Origin: Magnetococcales bacterium
GTDB taxonomy: Bacteria > Pseudomonadota > Magnetococcia > Magnetococcales > UBA8363
Assembly: GCA_015660855.1 (NCBI GenBank)
Contig: JACSDG010000054.1
Location: 1,981-65,980 of the forward strand
DNA: 64,000 nucleotides
Direction of reading: 5' to 3'
The translations under genes were made by a program, and so were the position numbers. This document shows positions 1-9,431 of this stretch, piece by piece. Numbering within the stretch: the first letter of the stretch is position 1; the number at the start of each line of letters is the position of its first letter. A model generated the notes under the pieces. The model made no database searches, was not told the origin of the DNA, and worked only from the letters and a program-made list of their open reading frames with translations.

Positions 1-927
1 GGCCAAGCCAATACTCACCCCCAACATGGTCGATTCACAAACCCCAATTTTTAATGCGCGTACCGATTCGCAGATTCGATCCATGAGCTGACGTGCGTTG
101 AGCAATGCCGTATTGGGCAAAATCAACGCAAACTCATCGCCCCCCGTTCGTGCCAACAGGTCGGCGTCACGTATCATCCCTGAAAAGGTTTGCGAAACCT
201 TGCGCAACACGATATCACCTTCTCCATGTCCCAGGCTATCATTGATTTCCTTGAAATAATCAAGGTCCAGACAGGCCAAAACCAAAGGAACTCCATAACG
301 GTCGGCCTGAACGCGCTCTTGTTCGGCCCGTTCCATGAACACCCGCCGATTGACCAATCCCGTCAGCGCATCCTTGCGCGCCTGCTCGTAGAGGTCTTCG
401 TAAGCCACAGCCCGTTCCAGTGGTCCGCGTAAATCATCGAGGATGGATTCCACCTCATCCATCCCAGAAATTCCCTCTCTGAAATCAATCCGGTGAATCA
501 ACAACAGGCTATCATTGCCCGCATCGCCCAAATCCCATCGGCGAAAAACCAATCCCAACCGGGATATTCCTTCACAAGCTTCCCGATTCTGGGGATCTTC
601 AAGGAGACGTTTGGCCGCATCCAGGAGCTTTTGCCGATGGGGTCCATGACAGGAACATGCCATCGGCATGCGACTGCGGCCACATTGGCGATAGGCCACC
701 AGTTCATGGTCTACCTTGGGGGCGAGCCAGCGTGAAAACGCTTCCAGCATGGAATCTAAATCCAAGGTCTCTCCCAGCTTTCGATGCAAATCGTAGATCC
801 TGGAAAGACGCAGGGTCTCGCGCTTATAATCTTCAATTTCTTCCTGAAGATCCGTGGGATGCCTTGCAAACAGAGCCGGATTGATCTCCGGAATCCGACG
901 ACTCGAAAGCGATACACTGATGCCCAT
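1..927 (-). CDS. Diguanylate cyclase (GGDEF domain), runs off the left edge
   Basis: Manual translation of the minus frame (absent from the ORF track): ...KDALTGLVNRR...CLDLDYFKEINDSLGHGEGD...LLARTGGDEFALIL. ATG at 927 with upstream AGGGGTGG. Confidence 0.9.
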   Translation of the reverse strand, partial: MGISVSLSSRRIPEINPALFARHPTDLQEEIEDYKRETLRLSRIYDLHRKLGETLDLDSMLEAFSRWLAPKVDHELVAYRQCGRSRMPMACSCHGPHRQKLLDAAKRLLEDPQNREACEGISRLGLVFRRWDLGDAGNDSLLLIHRIDFREGISGMDEVESILDDLRGPLERAVAYEDLYEQARKDALTGLVNRRVFMERAEQERVQADRYGVPLVLACLDLDYFKEINDSLGHGEGDIVLRKVSQTFSGMIRDADLLARTGGDEFALILPNTALLNARQLMDRICESVRALKIGVCESTMLGVSIGLA

Positions 928-1029
928 GGGACCACCCCTAGTATTTGTCCAGATTTGCTGTAAACCATGACCAGGCAATCTGAATCTTGAATTTTGTTTC
1001 CTTTGGGTAAACATCGATATACATGGGAT

Positions 1030-1046
1030 TGCCAACTTCATGCCAA
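1030..1046 (-). promoter_or_regulatory. Putative sigma-54 (-24/-12) promoter for the GGDEF gene
   Basis: Minus strand TTGGCATGAAGTTGGCA fits GG-N10-GC, about 100 nt upstream of the ATG. Confidence 0.35.
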
Positions 1047-1206
1047 ACAGGATGATCATTCAAGGTAAAAAACAATTCGAAGGAGTGCCGTGATAATTTT
1101 TAAAGATTTCAATGTGATGCGCATAAGTATTTCCGGTGTAGGCAACCGTTTTTATTGATCTGGGATCGGGGATGGCCCTTGACAACGTCAAAGAAGGAAA
1201 AAAGGG

Positions 1207-1236
1207 AAAAAAAAAGGTGGGGATTTTTTCCCCACC
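1207..1236 (-). terminator. Rho-independent terminator of the flagellin gene
   Basis: Minus strand GGTGGGGA-AAAAA-TCCCCACC followed by T9, about 35 nt after the flagellin stop. Confidence 0.8.
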
Positions 1237-1271
1237 CGGCAATTATTGAATGTAAACAGGAGAGATGGCAG

Positions 1272-2084
1272 TTATTGCAGCAATTGTTGGACCCGGGAAC
1301 TGGAAAGTTTGTCCGCTTGCGTTTGCAGGGCCGTGCTGGCGCGGGCGCGAATGGCGAGGGCGATGGAATTGGAAATTTTATCGGCCATATCGGAACCGGA
1401 GATGCGCCCCTCGGCACTGGATATGGTTTCGGAGAGTTGTGAAAGGGTATCGGCCACACTGACGAAACGGGCCTCGGCGGCTCCGAATTCTGCCCTTTGT
1501 CCACCGATTCTTTTGAGGGCATCATTGGCGGCCTGGATGGCACTTTCCCCCCCCGCCTGGGTGGAGATGTCCACCTGGGTGAAGGCTGTGCTGAAATCCC
1601 GCAGTTGCACCCCGGTCTGGTTGTTGGCCCCGGGGCCGGTTTGAAAAGATAAGGTTTGATCGGCAGACAGAAGGCTGACGTCATTGTAGCTGGTGTCGGC
1701 GATGATCGTTTGAATCTGTTCCTGGATGGTTGAGGCTTCTTTTTGCAAGGCCTGTCGGTCGGTGTCGCTCAAGGTACTGTTGGCACTTTGGGTCGCCAGT
1801 TCCTGCAATCTTTGGAAACCTGTTTCAACGCTGCCCAGTGCGGCATCGGCCACTTGGGTCAGGGAGATGGCATCGTTCACCTGGAGCCTAGCTTGGTTGG
1901 CTCCTTGCATTTGGCTGGTGAACCGATCGGCGATAGCGATCAAGGCGGCACTTTCAGAACCTTGGCCCCTGGTTTTCAAACCCTGGGAAAGCTGCTTGAA
2001 AGTATCGTCCAAAGATTTGATGATCGGATCGGATTTTCCGGAATAATTTTGCAGCCCAACGCTGCTCGCTGTGATCATGGCCAT
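1272..2084 (-). CDS. fliC: Flagellin (short, 270 aa)
   Basis: NDAISLTQVADAAL, RLQELATQSANSTLSDTDRQALQKE, FQTGPGAN, QRAEFGAAEARF are flagellin N/C-terminal motifs. Start placed at the ATG behind GAGGAAGAG. Confidence 0.9.
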   Translation of the reverse strand: MAMITASSVGLQNYSGKSDPIIKSLDDTFKQLSQGLKTRGQGSESAALIAIADRFTSQMQGANQARLQVNDAISLTQVADAALGSVETGFQRLQELATQSANSTLSDTDRQALQKEASTIQEQIQTIIADTSYNDVSLLSADQTLSFQTGPGANNQTGVQLRDFSTAFTQVDISTQAGGESAIQAANDALKRIGGQRAEFGAAEARFVSVADTLSQLSETISSAEGRISGSDMADKISNSIALAIRARASTALQTQADKLSSSRVQQLLQ

Positions 2085-2288
2085 GATAGTTCTCTCTTCC
2101 TCCCCTGACTCACTCCCTGCATTGACCGGGTGACCGTGAAAGTTGGTTGCTTTAAGAAGAACCTTCCCGACGCCCAAGTCTAGCGGAATTTTTAATGACG
2201 GTCCAGAAAAACCGATTTAGGAACATACTGTGGGCGGTTTCTGGTTTTAGGAATTTCATGCAATATCTGTGCAAACTATGTGCAATGC

Positions 2289-2305
2289 CGCATAATTTGC
2301 GCCAG
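2289..2305 (-). promoter_or_regulatory. Putative sigma-54 promoter for flagellin
   Basis: Minus strand CTGGCGCAAATTATGCG fits GG-N10-GC, about 200 nt upstream of the ATG. Confidence 0.45.
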
Positions 2306-2496
2306 ACGCCCGCACGGGAACTGAATGGAATAGGGATAAATGCAAAATTTGCAATAATTTCAAATAGAAAAATATGGTTGCTGCCGGACCGATTCTTCCC
2401 GCACTTTCCCCAAAAAGGCAACTTTGATGCGGCAATAGTTTCCTTTTTCATCCAGAACCGGCAGAATTTTCCCAGAAAGAAGGCTCCGTTTCAAGC

Positions 2497-2701
2497 GTAA
2501 CTTTACTAAGGTTGAAACAGTTGTGGGGTATGGTACTCCCCAAATTTCGGACAATGGTGTAAGCTCTAATTTACACTAAACATGGAGAGAGTTGTGAGCG
2601 CGCCTTTGGTTGCTCTCTTCGCGTTTTTTGCGAAGAGGGCAACCGCAATGCCTGAGGCCATGCACAATAACCTGTAAAAACCGGGGGGTCTGAACGGTTA
2701 C
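2497..2701. mobile_element. Degenerate copy of the GTAACC-ended MITE
   Basis: 2598-2701 is near-identical to 4556-4667 and ends in CTGAACGGTTAC. The left end (GTAACTTT..AAGGTTGAAAC at 2497) is decayed. Confidence 0.6.
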
Positions 2702-2906
2702 CTTCACGCAGTCCTGTTCATTGAGCACCGTTGCGGATTCTTTGGCAACATTATTCGGCTTCCCATTTGGCACCATGTGTGAGCGATTGCGCGACATGTA
2801 CCGGGAAAAAGAAGCAAAGTCCGGAAAAACAAACGCGCTCAAATTGATGTTGAAGAATGTTGGGCACCATGGTTGACCTGGATTCTGAAAGATTGCCGCA
2901 GAAAAA

Positions 2907-3959
2907 TCACAGTGCCAAGTTATGCAAAGTTTTAGCGTCTCCCGAAAACTTTTGCCGTTCCGCATCCGGCATGGGGATGAGTCCTCTGCCGATAAGATAG
3001 CCTTCCTGACCCCATGCACGCTCGCTGGCAAATTCCGCCGTATATTCGACGATCCCAGGGACCATGCCGATATGGGCTTTCTTGACATAGAAGAACAGGG
3101 GGCGAGAAAGGGGATAGGTGCCACTGGCAATGTTGTCGAACGTAGGCTTCGCTTCGCCGATGGGGTTTCCCTGTAACCGATCCTGGTTTTGCTCCAGATA
3201 GGAGTACCCAAAGACGCCCAGGGAGGTCGGATCGGCTTCCAGCTTTTGCACGATCAGGTTATCGTTTTCTCCCGCTTCGACATACGCACCATCTTCGCGC
3301 AGACTATGGCAGATGGGTTTGAGTTGTTTTTCATCTTTATGGATCAATTCCTTAAGCTCGGGATAGGCTTTGCACCCCCCCTCCATGGCCAATTCGGCAA
3401 AGGCATCACGGGTGCCCGAAGTCGGCGGAGGACCAAGAACACGAATCTTCATGTCGGGCAGGTTGGCGTTGACATCTTTCCACGTTTTGTTGGGATTGTT
3501 GACCAGTTGGCCATCCTTGCCTGGAACCTGACGGGCAAGGGCGGTAAAAATATCCTTGAGCGTTAGGTTTACGGGTTTGGCACCACTGGAACTGGCCAAA
3601 ACGATACCATCATACCCAATCTTTATTTCTGTAATTTCTTTGACTCCGTTGGCAGCACATGTTTCCACTTCCGTTTTTTTGATGCGCCTCGATGCATTGG
3701 AAATATCGGCAAATCGGTCACCAACGCCACCACAAAACAGTTTGAAACCACCACCGGTTCCGGTACTTTCAATGACGGGGGCCTTGAATTTCCCGGTACG
3801 GCCAAATTCTTCGGCGACCGTGGTTGCAAACGGATAGACCGTAGAAGAACCCACAATCTGGATTTGATCCCGTGCCTGAGCCTGACCTGGAATAAACAGG
3901 ACTACGCCGGTACAGGCCGCCATTAAAACGGAACTACGCAATGTTGATTTGATACGCAT
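2907..3959 (-). CDS. pstS: Phosphate ABC transporter substrate-binding protein, PstS family
   Basis: Signal peptide ending AQA, then ARDQIQIVGSSTVYPF, ESTGTGGG, GPPPTSGTRDAF, YPLSRPLFFYVK. Confidence 0.93.
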   Translation of the reverse strand: MRIKSTLRSSVLMAACTGVVLFIPGQAQARDQIQIVGSSTVYPFATTVAEEFGRTGKFKAPVIESTGTGGGFKLFCGGVGDRFADISNASRRIKKTEVETCAANGVKEITEIKIGYDGIVLASSSGAKPVNLTLKDIFTALARQVPGKDGQLVNNPNKTWKDVNANLPDMKIRVLGPPPTSGTRDAFAELAMEGGCKAYPELKELIHKDEKQLKPICHSLREDGAYVEAGENDNLIVQKLEADPTSLGVFGYSYLEQNQDRLQGNPIGEAKPTFDNIASGTYPLSRPLFFYVKKAHIGMVPGIVEYTAEFASERAWGQEGYLIGRGLIPMPDAERQKFSGDAKTLHNLAL

Positions 3960-4371
3960 GATACCTCTCTCAATCGATCATTTTAACTCGTTGTGGAAGT
4001 CCAAAGAATCTGGCTATTGGTTGTTGAATTCTTTGGGATAAAGAATAAATTGTTATAGACCCAACACTAGGCGTGTTGACATTATCGTCTAGCAAGCCCG
4101 TTTTTTCCGCAAAGGGTCTCCCTAATCTGTTCATGTCCCAACAAGAACTATGCCAATAGGAGATTGAAGGATAAAAAATTGGAGATTAAAGTGTGTTTTA
4201 TTCGTTGATATTGAATATATTTTTATAAATAAGTGCAGGGGATCCATTCTTCGATAAACTAGAAATGGTTCCCCTATGAGTTACGATAAATTAGATACCG
4301 TTCCAAAGATTCTTTTGGAAAGAAAACGTATTGTTTGGATTGTGCTGGCACGGTTGATTTTCAGTCACAAA

Positions 4372-4667
4372 GTAACCATTCAGTCCCCCCCCCTTTTTTT
4401 TTCAGGGTTGAAACTATTGCGGGGGGCTGGGGGGAGGTTCTCCCCCCAGTGGAGGTTTGGAGGCAAAGCCTCCAAGGTTTTGTTTTTGATTTTGTCTTTG
4501 ATTTTACGCCCCCCTTCACAATAAACTTTTTCGCGTAGCGAAAAAGTTTTTGGGGGCGCGCCTTTGGTTGCCCTCTTCGCGTTTTTTGCGAAGAGTGCGA
4601 AGAGGGCAACCGCAATGCCTGAAGCTATGCACATAGCTTGTAAAAACCGGGGGGGCTGAACGGTTAC
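4372..4667. mobile_element. Non-autonomous MITE-like element, 296 bp
   Basis: Terminal inverted repeats GTAACCATTCAG / CTGAACGGTTAC, internal hairpins, no credible ORF. Same ends as 54448-54573. Confidence 0.75.
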
Positions 4668-4812
4668 TTTCGACATGGTCGGAATTTGATTACGGCGGCT
4701 TCACTCAATAACCAGCAGATCCCCTTTGGATGCGGAGTTCCTGAAGATTGGCCAATCATTAATGAAATATAAAATACTAAACTTGTAATAATGATCAAAA
4801 AAAGATCCCGTC

Positions 4813-4905
4813 AATAATTTTTGCCAAACTTTGTATTTCAGATGCGCGAACATCATGCCCTTAGGGCAAAAAAACAAAATCAAAACCCTTAGGCTACGCT
4901 CCTGG
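4813..4905. repeat. Intergenic modular repeat (TTTGCCAAAC...CATGCCCTTxGGGCAAAA...AAAACCCT)
   Basis: Matches the reverse complement of about 44115-44175 and matches 53072-53128 and 53641-53690. Confidence 0.7.
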
Positions 4906-4950
4906 CGCGTGGTTGCGTTGATTTATGCCAAACTTTGATTTTCCGACACC

Positions 4951-5406
4951 TTAAAAATACGGTTGCATATCAAATATTTTTAAACCTACCCGGTACCGTC
5001 CTTCATCATGACGGCAATTTTGCACGAAGCAGGAATATAAATCCTTGCCGCCATACCCGGAAACCACCTCCAGCATGCAATTGGCCTGCAACGGTAGCGA
5101 ACTGCGGGAATGGACACCAAACCCTTGGGCACTCATGTCCTGGATTTCTACCGCCATTTTTTTTCCGGAATAGACCAGATTGCCATGACTTTTGGCGGTT
5201 ACCCGATAATTTCCCCTTTGATTGACCCGATCCTTGTCCTTCAAGCCTCGGTTACCCAAACTTGGTTCCATCCTCAGCATGCGGTCGATGGTTTCAAACA
5301 GAAGCCCCACCCATGCCTGTCCCAGGCCGCCCTGTTTTGTTCTGACCGTCAGGGCATCCATGGCATCGTAAAGTTCTTCCGGGGTACTGATTTTGTCTTG
5401 ACTCAT
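4951..5406 (-). CDS. PilZ-domain protein
   Basis: RxxxR (RGNYR) and D/NxSxxG (DMSAQG) c-di-GMP motifs; C-terminal YRVGLKI strand. Confidence 0.8.
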   Translation of the reverse strand: MSQDKISTPEELYDAMDALTVRTKQGGLGQAWVGLLFETIDRMLRMEPSLGNRGLKDKDRVNQRGNYRVTAKSHGNLVYSGKKMAVEIQDMSAQGFGVHSRSSLPLQANCMLEVVSGYGGKDLYSCFVQNCRHDEGRYRVGLKIFDMQPYF

Positions 5407-5438
5407 GGATCTGTCCCTTGTTTATATCCTCAAAATTA

Positions 5439-5936
5439 TTAGCGTACCTGGGAAACAGGGGGTTGCGCGGGTGTGGTGGGAGTCGGTGCGGGGGCAGGCA
5501 AACGCATTTCCTGGACCGGTTGGGTGTGATATCCGGGGGGGAACGAACTTGGTTGGTTCATTTTCATGACGGCGAACATTGAGCCGATGATCAGTGCGGT
5601 TTGTGCGGCGAACATGCCAGCCGTCCATTTGACGGTGTCTGCTTTGGCGGATTCAACGTCTCTGCGCATTTCAAGTTTGGTTGCTTCCATGTCCCGTTTC
5701 AGATCCGCTCTGACGGCCTCAATCTTGACATCCAGTTCTTTGATGTCTCGTCTCAGGTTGGCTTCCACGTCGGCCAAATCCCGCTTGAGCGTAAATATGT
5801 CCTGTTTGGTTGCAAGACGATCTTCTACCAGGGCAACAAGAGCTTCAGCTTGTATTTCTGCCTGGCGTTCATCCACACCGGCATCACGAAGCTTTTTGAC
5901 GTAGGCGTGGGTGTCAAAGGCGATTGTTGTGTTCAT
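5439..5936 (-). CDS. DUF1640/CCDC90-like coiled-coil membrane protein with Pro-rich tail
   Basis: AFDTHAYVKKLRDAGVDERQAE head, LATKQD neck, coiled coil, KW-preceded transmembrane helix. Confidence 0.85.
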   Translation of the reverse strand: MNTTIAFDTHAYVKKLRDAGVDERQAEIQAEALVALVEDRLATKQDIFTLKRDLADVEANLRRDIKELDVKIEAVRADLKRDMEATKLEMRRDVESAKADTVKWTAGMFAAQTALIIGSMFAVMKMNQPSSFPPGYHTQPVQEMRLPAPAPTPTTPAQPPVSQVR

Positions 5937-6147
5937 GGTGACTACTTTCCTTAAGATGAATCCTGCCCGAACCTTTCGGACATTCTACTCTATCACGTCC
6001 AGTGCCGTCCAACGCCATCTTGATAGCATTTGCAATGTGAGCAAGTGCAACAGGGTTTACGTTTGCAACCCAGGAATTCGCAGTTGGGTCGTAGTCTATG
6101 GCGGTTACTGTGTCAAGGTGGTACTCTGGGCTAAAGGGAGAAACGCT

Positions 6148-6390
6148 ATGACTACGATGATTTCCGAAGTTTACGAGGCCTTCCGTGCTGCCGGGGTTCC
6201 AGACGACAAAGCTCGCAAAGTCGCTGAGGTCATGTCCACCGAAACCACGATTACCAAATGGGACATGAGGGGGCTGGAACGACGATTGGACGCCATTGAT
6301 GGGGAGATCAAGCTTGTCAAATGGATGTTGGCTCTGGTTGTGGCAGCCGAGGTTTTGCCGATTCTTAAAGCATTGTTTATGCACGGTTGA
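6148..6390 (+). CDS. Small CCDC90/DUF1640-like coiled-coil membrane protein (80 aa)
   Basis: EVYEAFRAAGVPDDKARKVAE head, ITKWD neck, LVKWMLALVV transmembrane segment; GGGAG RBS. Confidence 0.7.
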   Translation: MTTMISEVYEAFRAAGVPDDKARKVAEVMSTETTITKWDMRGLERRLDAIDGEIKLVKWMLALVVAAEVLPILKALFMHG

Positions 6391-6486
6391 CCGTGCTTGA
6401 AATCTTGAGGAAGGGCAGTATGTCCCTTACCTCAAGCCGGCGCGCCAGTTTTCGATCCTGCCAGATTTTGGAAAAAGACATAGATT

Positions 6487-7659
6487 ATGGGCATTGGTGC
6501 AATTTTTATCCTTTTTGCTTTGTTGCAGGTGCTGGGCATGGGAGGCTTGACCATTGAAACTGGGGAAATTCTTCGCTTTCCCGAGGGGGATCGGGTGGAA
6601 CAGGCGGTCCTTATGGATCACTTGGCCCGGTATCGGATTGTTCTGGTGGGTGAAACCCATGACGATCCCGGGCATCATGTCCTGCAAGAGCAAATCGTGC
6701 GCAGCATGGCTGAACGTGGGGGTGAGTTGGCTCTGGCCATGGAAATGTTTCCCCGCAGCCAGCAAACATCTCTGGATCGATGGAGTGCGGGCAAGTTGGG
6801 CGAGGTTGATTTTCTTGATGCCGTGACGTGGTATTTTACCTGGGGGTTTGATGCCGAGTTGTATCTCCCCATTTTACGTTTGGCGCGAGAATATCGGATA
6901 CCCGTCGTGGCTATGAATATTGACCGTGCCATCGTCAGCCAGGTGCGAACCCAGGGGTTGGACAGCCTGGATGCGGAGGTCAGGAAAACATTGCCGGTGT
7001 TGGCAGAGGCCCTGCCCGAGTATCGCGAACGGTTGCAGGAGGTGTTTGACAGCCATCCCATGATGGCGAAGGATGGTAGTTTGGCCAATTTTATCGATGC
7101 CCAGCGTCTTTGGGATGGTGTCATGGCCCAGGCCCTGTTCGACTGGTTGCGTCAGCATCCCCAGGGGCGGGTGGTGGCTTTGGCCGGATCGGGTCACCTG
7201 CTGATGAAACACGGTATTGCACATCAGTTGGCCGCTATGGGTTTGGAAAACGATACTGTGACTCTCCTCCCCTGGGATGGCGCGGAAAATCCCGTCCCCT
7301 GGCAGGCCGCCGATTTTGTCTGGGGTACGCCGACTCCGATCCTCTCCGAACCGATGCCACGATTGGGTGTTGGTCTGGAGTCGGCTCCCCAGGGGGGGAT
7401 CGTTATCACCGAAATCACCCCGGATTCTCCCGCGCAAAAAGCCGGCCTCAAAAAGGGTGACCAACCCTTAAGCCTGGATGGTCACCCCCTTCCCAATCCC
7501 CACACCCTGGTCCGGATGTTACGTTCCCAAAAGCGTAATCCGCGACCCACTCTAACCTTCATCAGGGATCGAGAAAAACAAAGCCTTACCCTGGCCCTGG
7601 ACGAAAAAACCAAGGTCCATGAACCGGCAACGATGGAAGAAACAAACCCTTCAAGATGA
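6487..7659 (+). CDS. ChaN-family (heme/cofactor-binding) exported protein with C-terminal PDZ domain
   Basis: VLVGETHDDPGHH, LAMEMF, AQRLWDGVMA, LAGSGH; PDZ motif RLGV...ITPDSPAQKAGLKKGD. Confidence 0.85.
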   Translation: MGIGAIFILFALLQVLGMGGLTIETGEILRFPEGDRVEQAVLMDHLARYRIVLVGETHDDPGHHVLQEQIVRSMAERGGELALAMEMFPRSQQTSLDRWSAGKLGEVDFLDAVTWYFTWGFDAELYLPILRLAREYRIPVVAMNIDRAIVSQVRTQGLDSLDAEVRKTLPVLAEALPEYRERLQEVFDSHPMMAKDGSLANFIDAQRLWDGVMAQALFDWLRQHPQGRVVALAGSGHLLMKHGIAHQLAAMGLENDTVTLLPWDGAENPVPWQAADFVWGTPTPILSEPMPRLGVGLESAPQGGIVITEITPDSPAQKAGLKKGDQPLSLDGHPLPNPHTLVRMLRSQKRNPRPTLTFIRDREKQSLTLALDEKTKVHEPATMEETNPSR

Positions 7660-8442
7660 CTCTGAAAAACCGGCGGGGGCCGAGCTGTCACGTTGACAGG
7701 TCGGGCATGTGGGGTTTTTGGTGATGCGGATACGGTGGAAAACAAGGTCCAGGGTGTTGATGAGGAGCAGTTGCCCAGCCAAACTTTGGCCGATGCCCAA
7801 TAATTCCTTGACCGCCTCCACCGCTTGCAGGCAACCGATGACCCCTGCGACCCCACCCAGTACCCCCGCTGTGGCGCAGGTGGCGTTTCCTCGCTGGGGG
7901 GGGGAAGGATAAAGGCAATGATAGCAGGGGGCTGCCGGGTTGACGCCATGGTGAAAGGTGGCAATTTGCCCTTCAAAGCCTAGAACGGCCCCCGTGATCA
8001 AGCGTTTTTTATGGCGCAGGCAGGCAGCATTCAACATGTAACGGGTGGCGAAATTATCGCTGGCGTCCAGTGCCAACCGACACCGGGGCAACACATCGTC
8101 AAGCAGATTGTCGGTGACGCGTTCGCCAATGACCTGAATGTTGCAATCGGTGTTCAGTCTACCCAGGGCCTTGGCCGTGGTTTCTCCTTTGGGTTGGCCA
8201 ATGTCGGGGGTGGCGAAAAGAATCTGTCGTTGCAGGTTGGACAGATCCACCCGGTCAAAATCGGCGATGATCAGGTTGCCAATCCCCGCCGCAGCCAGAT
8301 ACAACGCCGCCGGTGCCCCGAGTCCACCGGCTCCCAGAATGAATACGGTAGCATCGAGAAGTTTCTCCTGCCCTGCCCCCCCCAACTCTTTAAGTAAAAT
8401 TTGGCGGGAATAGCGTTCAATCTGGGTTTCGTTAAGAGGCAT
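7651..8442 (-). CDS. moeB: MoeB/ThiF-family adenylyltransferase
   Basis: RYSRQILL, GAGGLG, DFDRVDLSNLQRQ, CYHC and CPTC zinc motifs. Confidence 0.9.
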   Translation of the reverse strand: MPLNETQIERYSRQILLKELGGAGQEKLLDATVFILGAGGLGAPAALYLAAAGIGNLIIADFDRVDLSNLQRQILFATPDIGQPKGETTAKALGRLNTDCNIQVIGERVTDNLLDDVLPRCRLALDASDNFATRYMLNAACLRHKKRLITGAVLGFEGQIATFHHGVNPAAPCYHCLYPSPPQRGNATCATAGVLGGVAGVIGCLQAVEAVKELLGIGQSLAGQLLLINTLDLVFHRIRITKNPTCPTCQRDSSAPAGFSESS

Positions 8443-8995
8443 AAACAAGGCACCGGCAAAGAAAAAATCAATCAGGCATGCGGGCTTTGGTTTTAAGACA
8501 GTTTGCCATGGGCTTCAGGCCGTGGCTTTTTGCGCCCATCTTTCTTCCATCGCTTAAACGTTTGAGCAGATCATTTTTTGTAGCAATAAAAAAGGTTTGC
8601 GAACCCCTTTTATTGGAAGAATCATTCGAGGCATGACCATATTCCATGTGCATACTCCTTGGAGAGTTTACGGACCAACGTTGCCCTGGTGTCATTGTGG
8701 ACAGGGTGGGATCGGGATTGGCAGACGTTGATGCTTCGGATACATCGTGGAACTTTGAAAGGATTGAAAGCAATATGCGTACCAGTTGTTAACTGTTGCA
8801 CGAATTCCAGTTTGTTTCAAGGCAAGGTTGATGGTTCAACTGACCTGTTTTCCTCCATCTGTGCATGATAGTGTGGGGGAGCGTGAGTGGGGGCCAGGGG
8901 GCGTGGTTTTTCTTATTTTTCTAAAACGATATTTCTTTGGTCAATCCTGTGTTACAGTGCGGAATTCATTCGGGTTTCTCGTGGTGGAGGCGAGT

Positions 8996-9364
8996 ATGGG
9001 TCGAATTGTTGAAATACGCTTGGACGAAAACAGCACATTCTTTGCCGAAGTGAGTGAAGACCTGGTGGAAAGGCTGGAAGGGACTGCCGGAGAAGAAAAA
9101 AAAGATCCGGTATTCCGGGACAAAAGGGATGTCCGGCATGCCCATAAAATTGCCACTACCGTGAACGGGGCTTTGTCATCGGTCAAACCGGTGGTTGATC
9201 GGGTGGTGGAGACTTTCCATAACTCCGGCCTGTCGCAGTGCCAGATCGCCTTTGGTCTGAAGCTTCACGACAAGGTGGGAGCGGCCTTTGTTTCCGAGGG
9301 GAGTTCCGAAGCCCATTTGCGGGTAACCCTCCAGTGGCAAAATCCCACAAAAAAAATGGGTTGA
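8996..9364 (+). CDS. Trypsin-co-occurring domain 1 (Trypco1/CU044_2847-like) protein
   Basis: 122 aa ending IAFGLKL...GAAFVSEGSSEAHLRVTLQW, the Trypco1 signature; GGAGG RBS. Confidence 0.75.
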   Translation: MGRIVEIRLDENSTFFAEVSEDLVERLEGTAGEEKKDPVFRDKRDVRHAHKIATTVNGALSSVKPVVDRVVETFHNSGLSQCQIAFGLKLHDKVGAAFVSEGSSEAHLRVTLQWQNPTKKMG

Positions 9365-9431
9365 TCCCTCCGTGCAAGCGTGGCTTGTGAAGGGATTTTC
9401 TCTCCCTGAAAGAAAACTGGACGATGGACCG

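Noticed and set aside
1115-1145. GATGCGCATAA resembling the XerC arm of a dif site
   Set aside because: No TTATGTTAAAT-like XerD arm at the required 6-nt spacing.
4062-4092. CTAGGCGTGTTGACATT resembling an IS5/IS427-type end
   Set aside because: Single short match with no partner end or transposase; too weak to call.
4276-4883. Small ORFs across the MITE and repeat region
   Set aside because: Translations of palindromic repeat DNA, with no RBS or family signal.
8480-8610. Minus-strand GGGCGCAAAAAGCCACGGCCTGAAG resembling a c-di-GMP-I riboswitch
   Set aside because: I could not form the P2 helix with a GNRA loop upstream. An Rfam RF01051 scan would decide.
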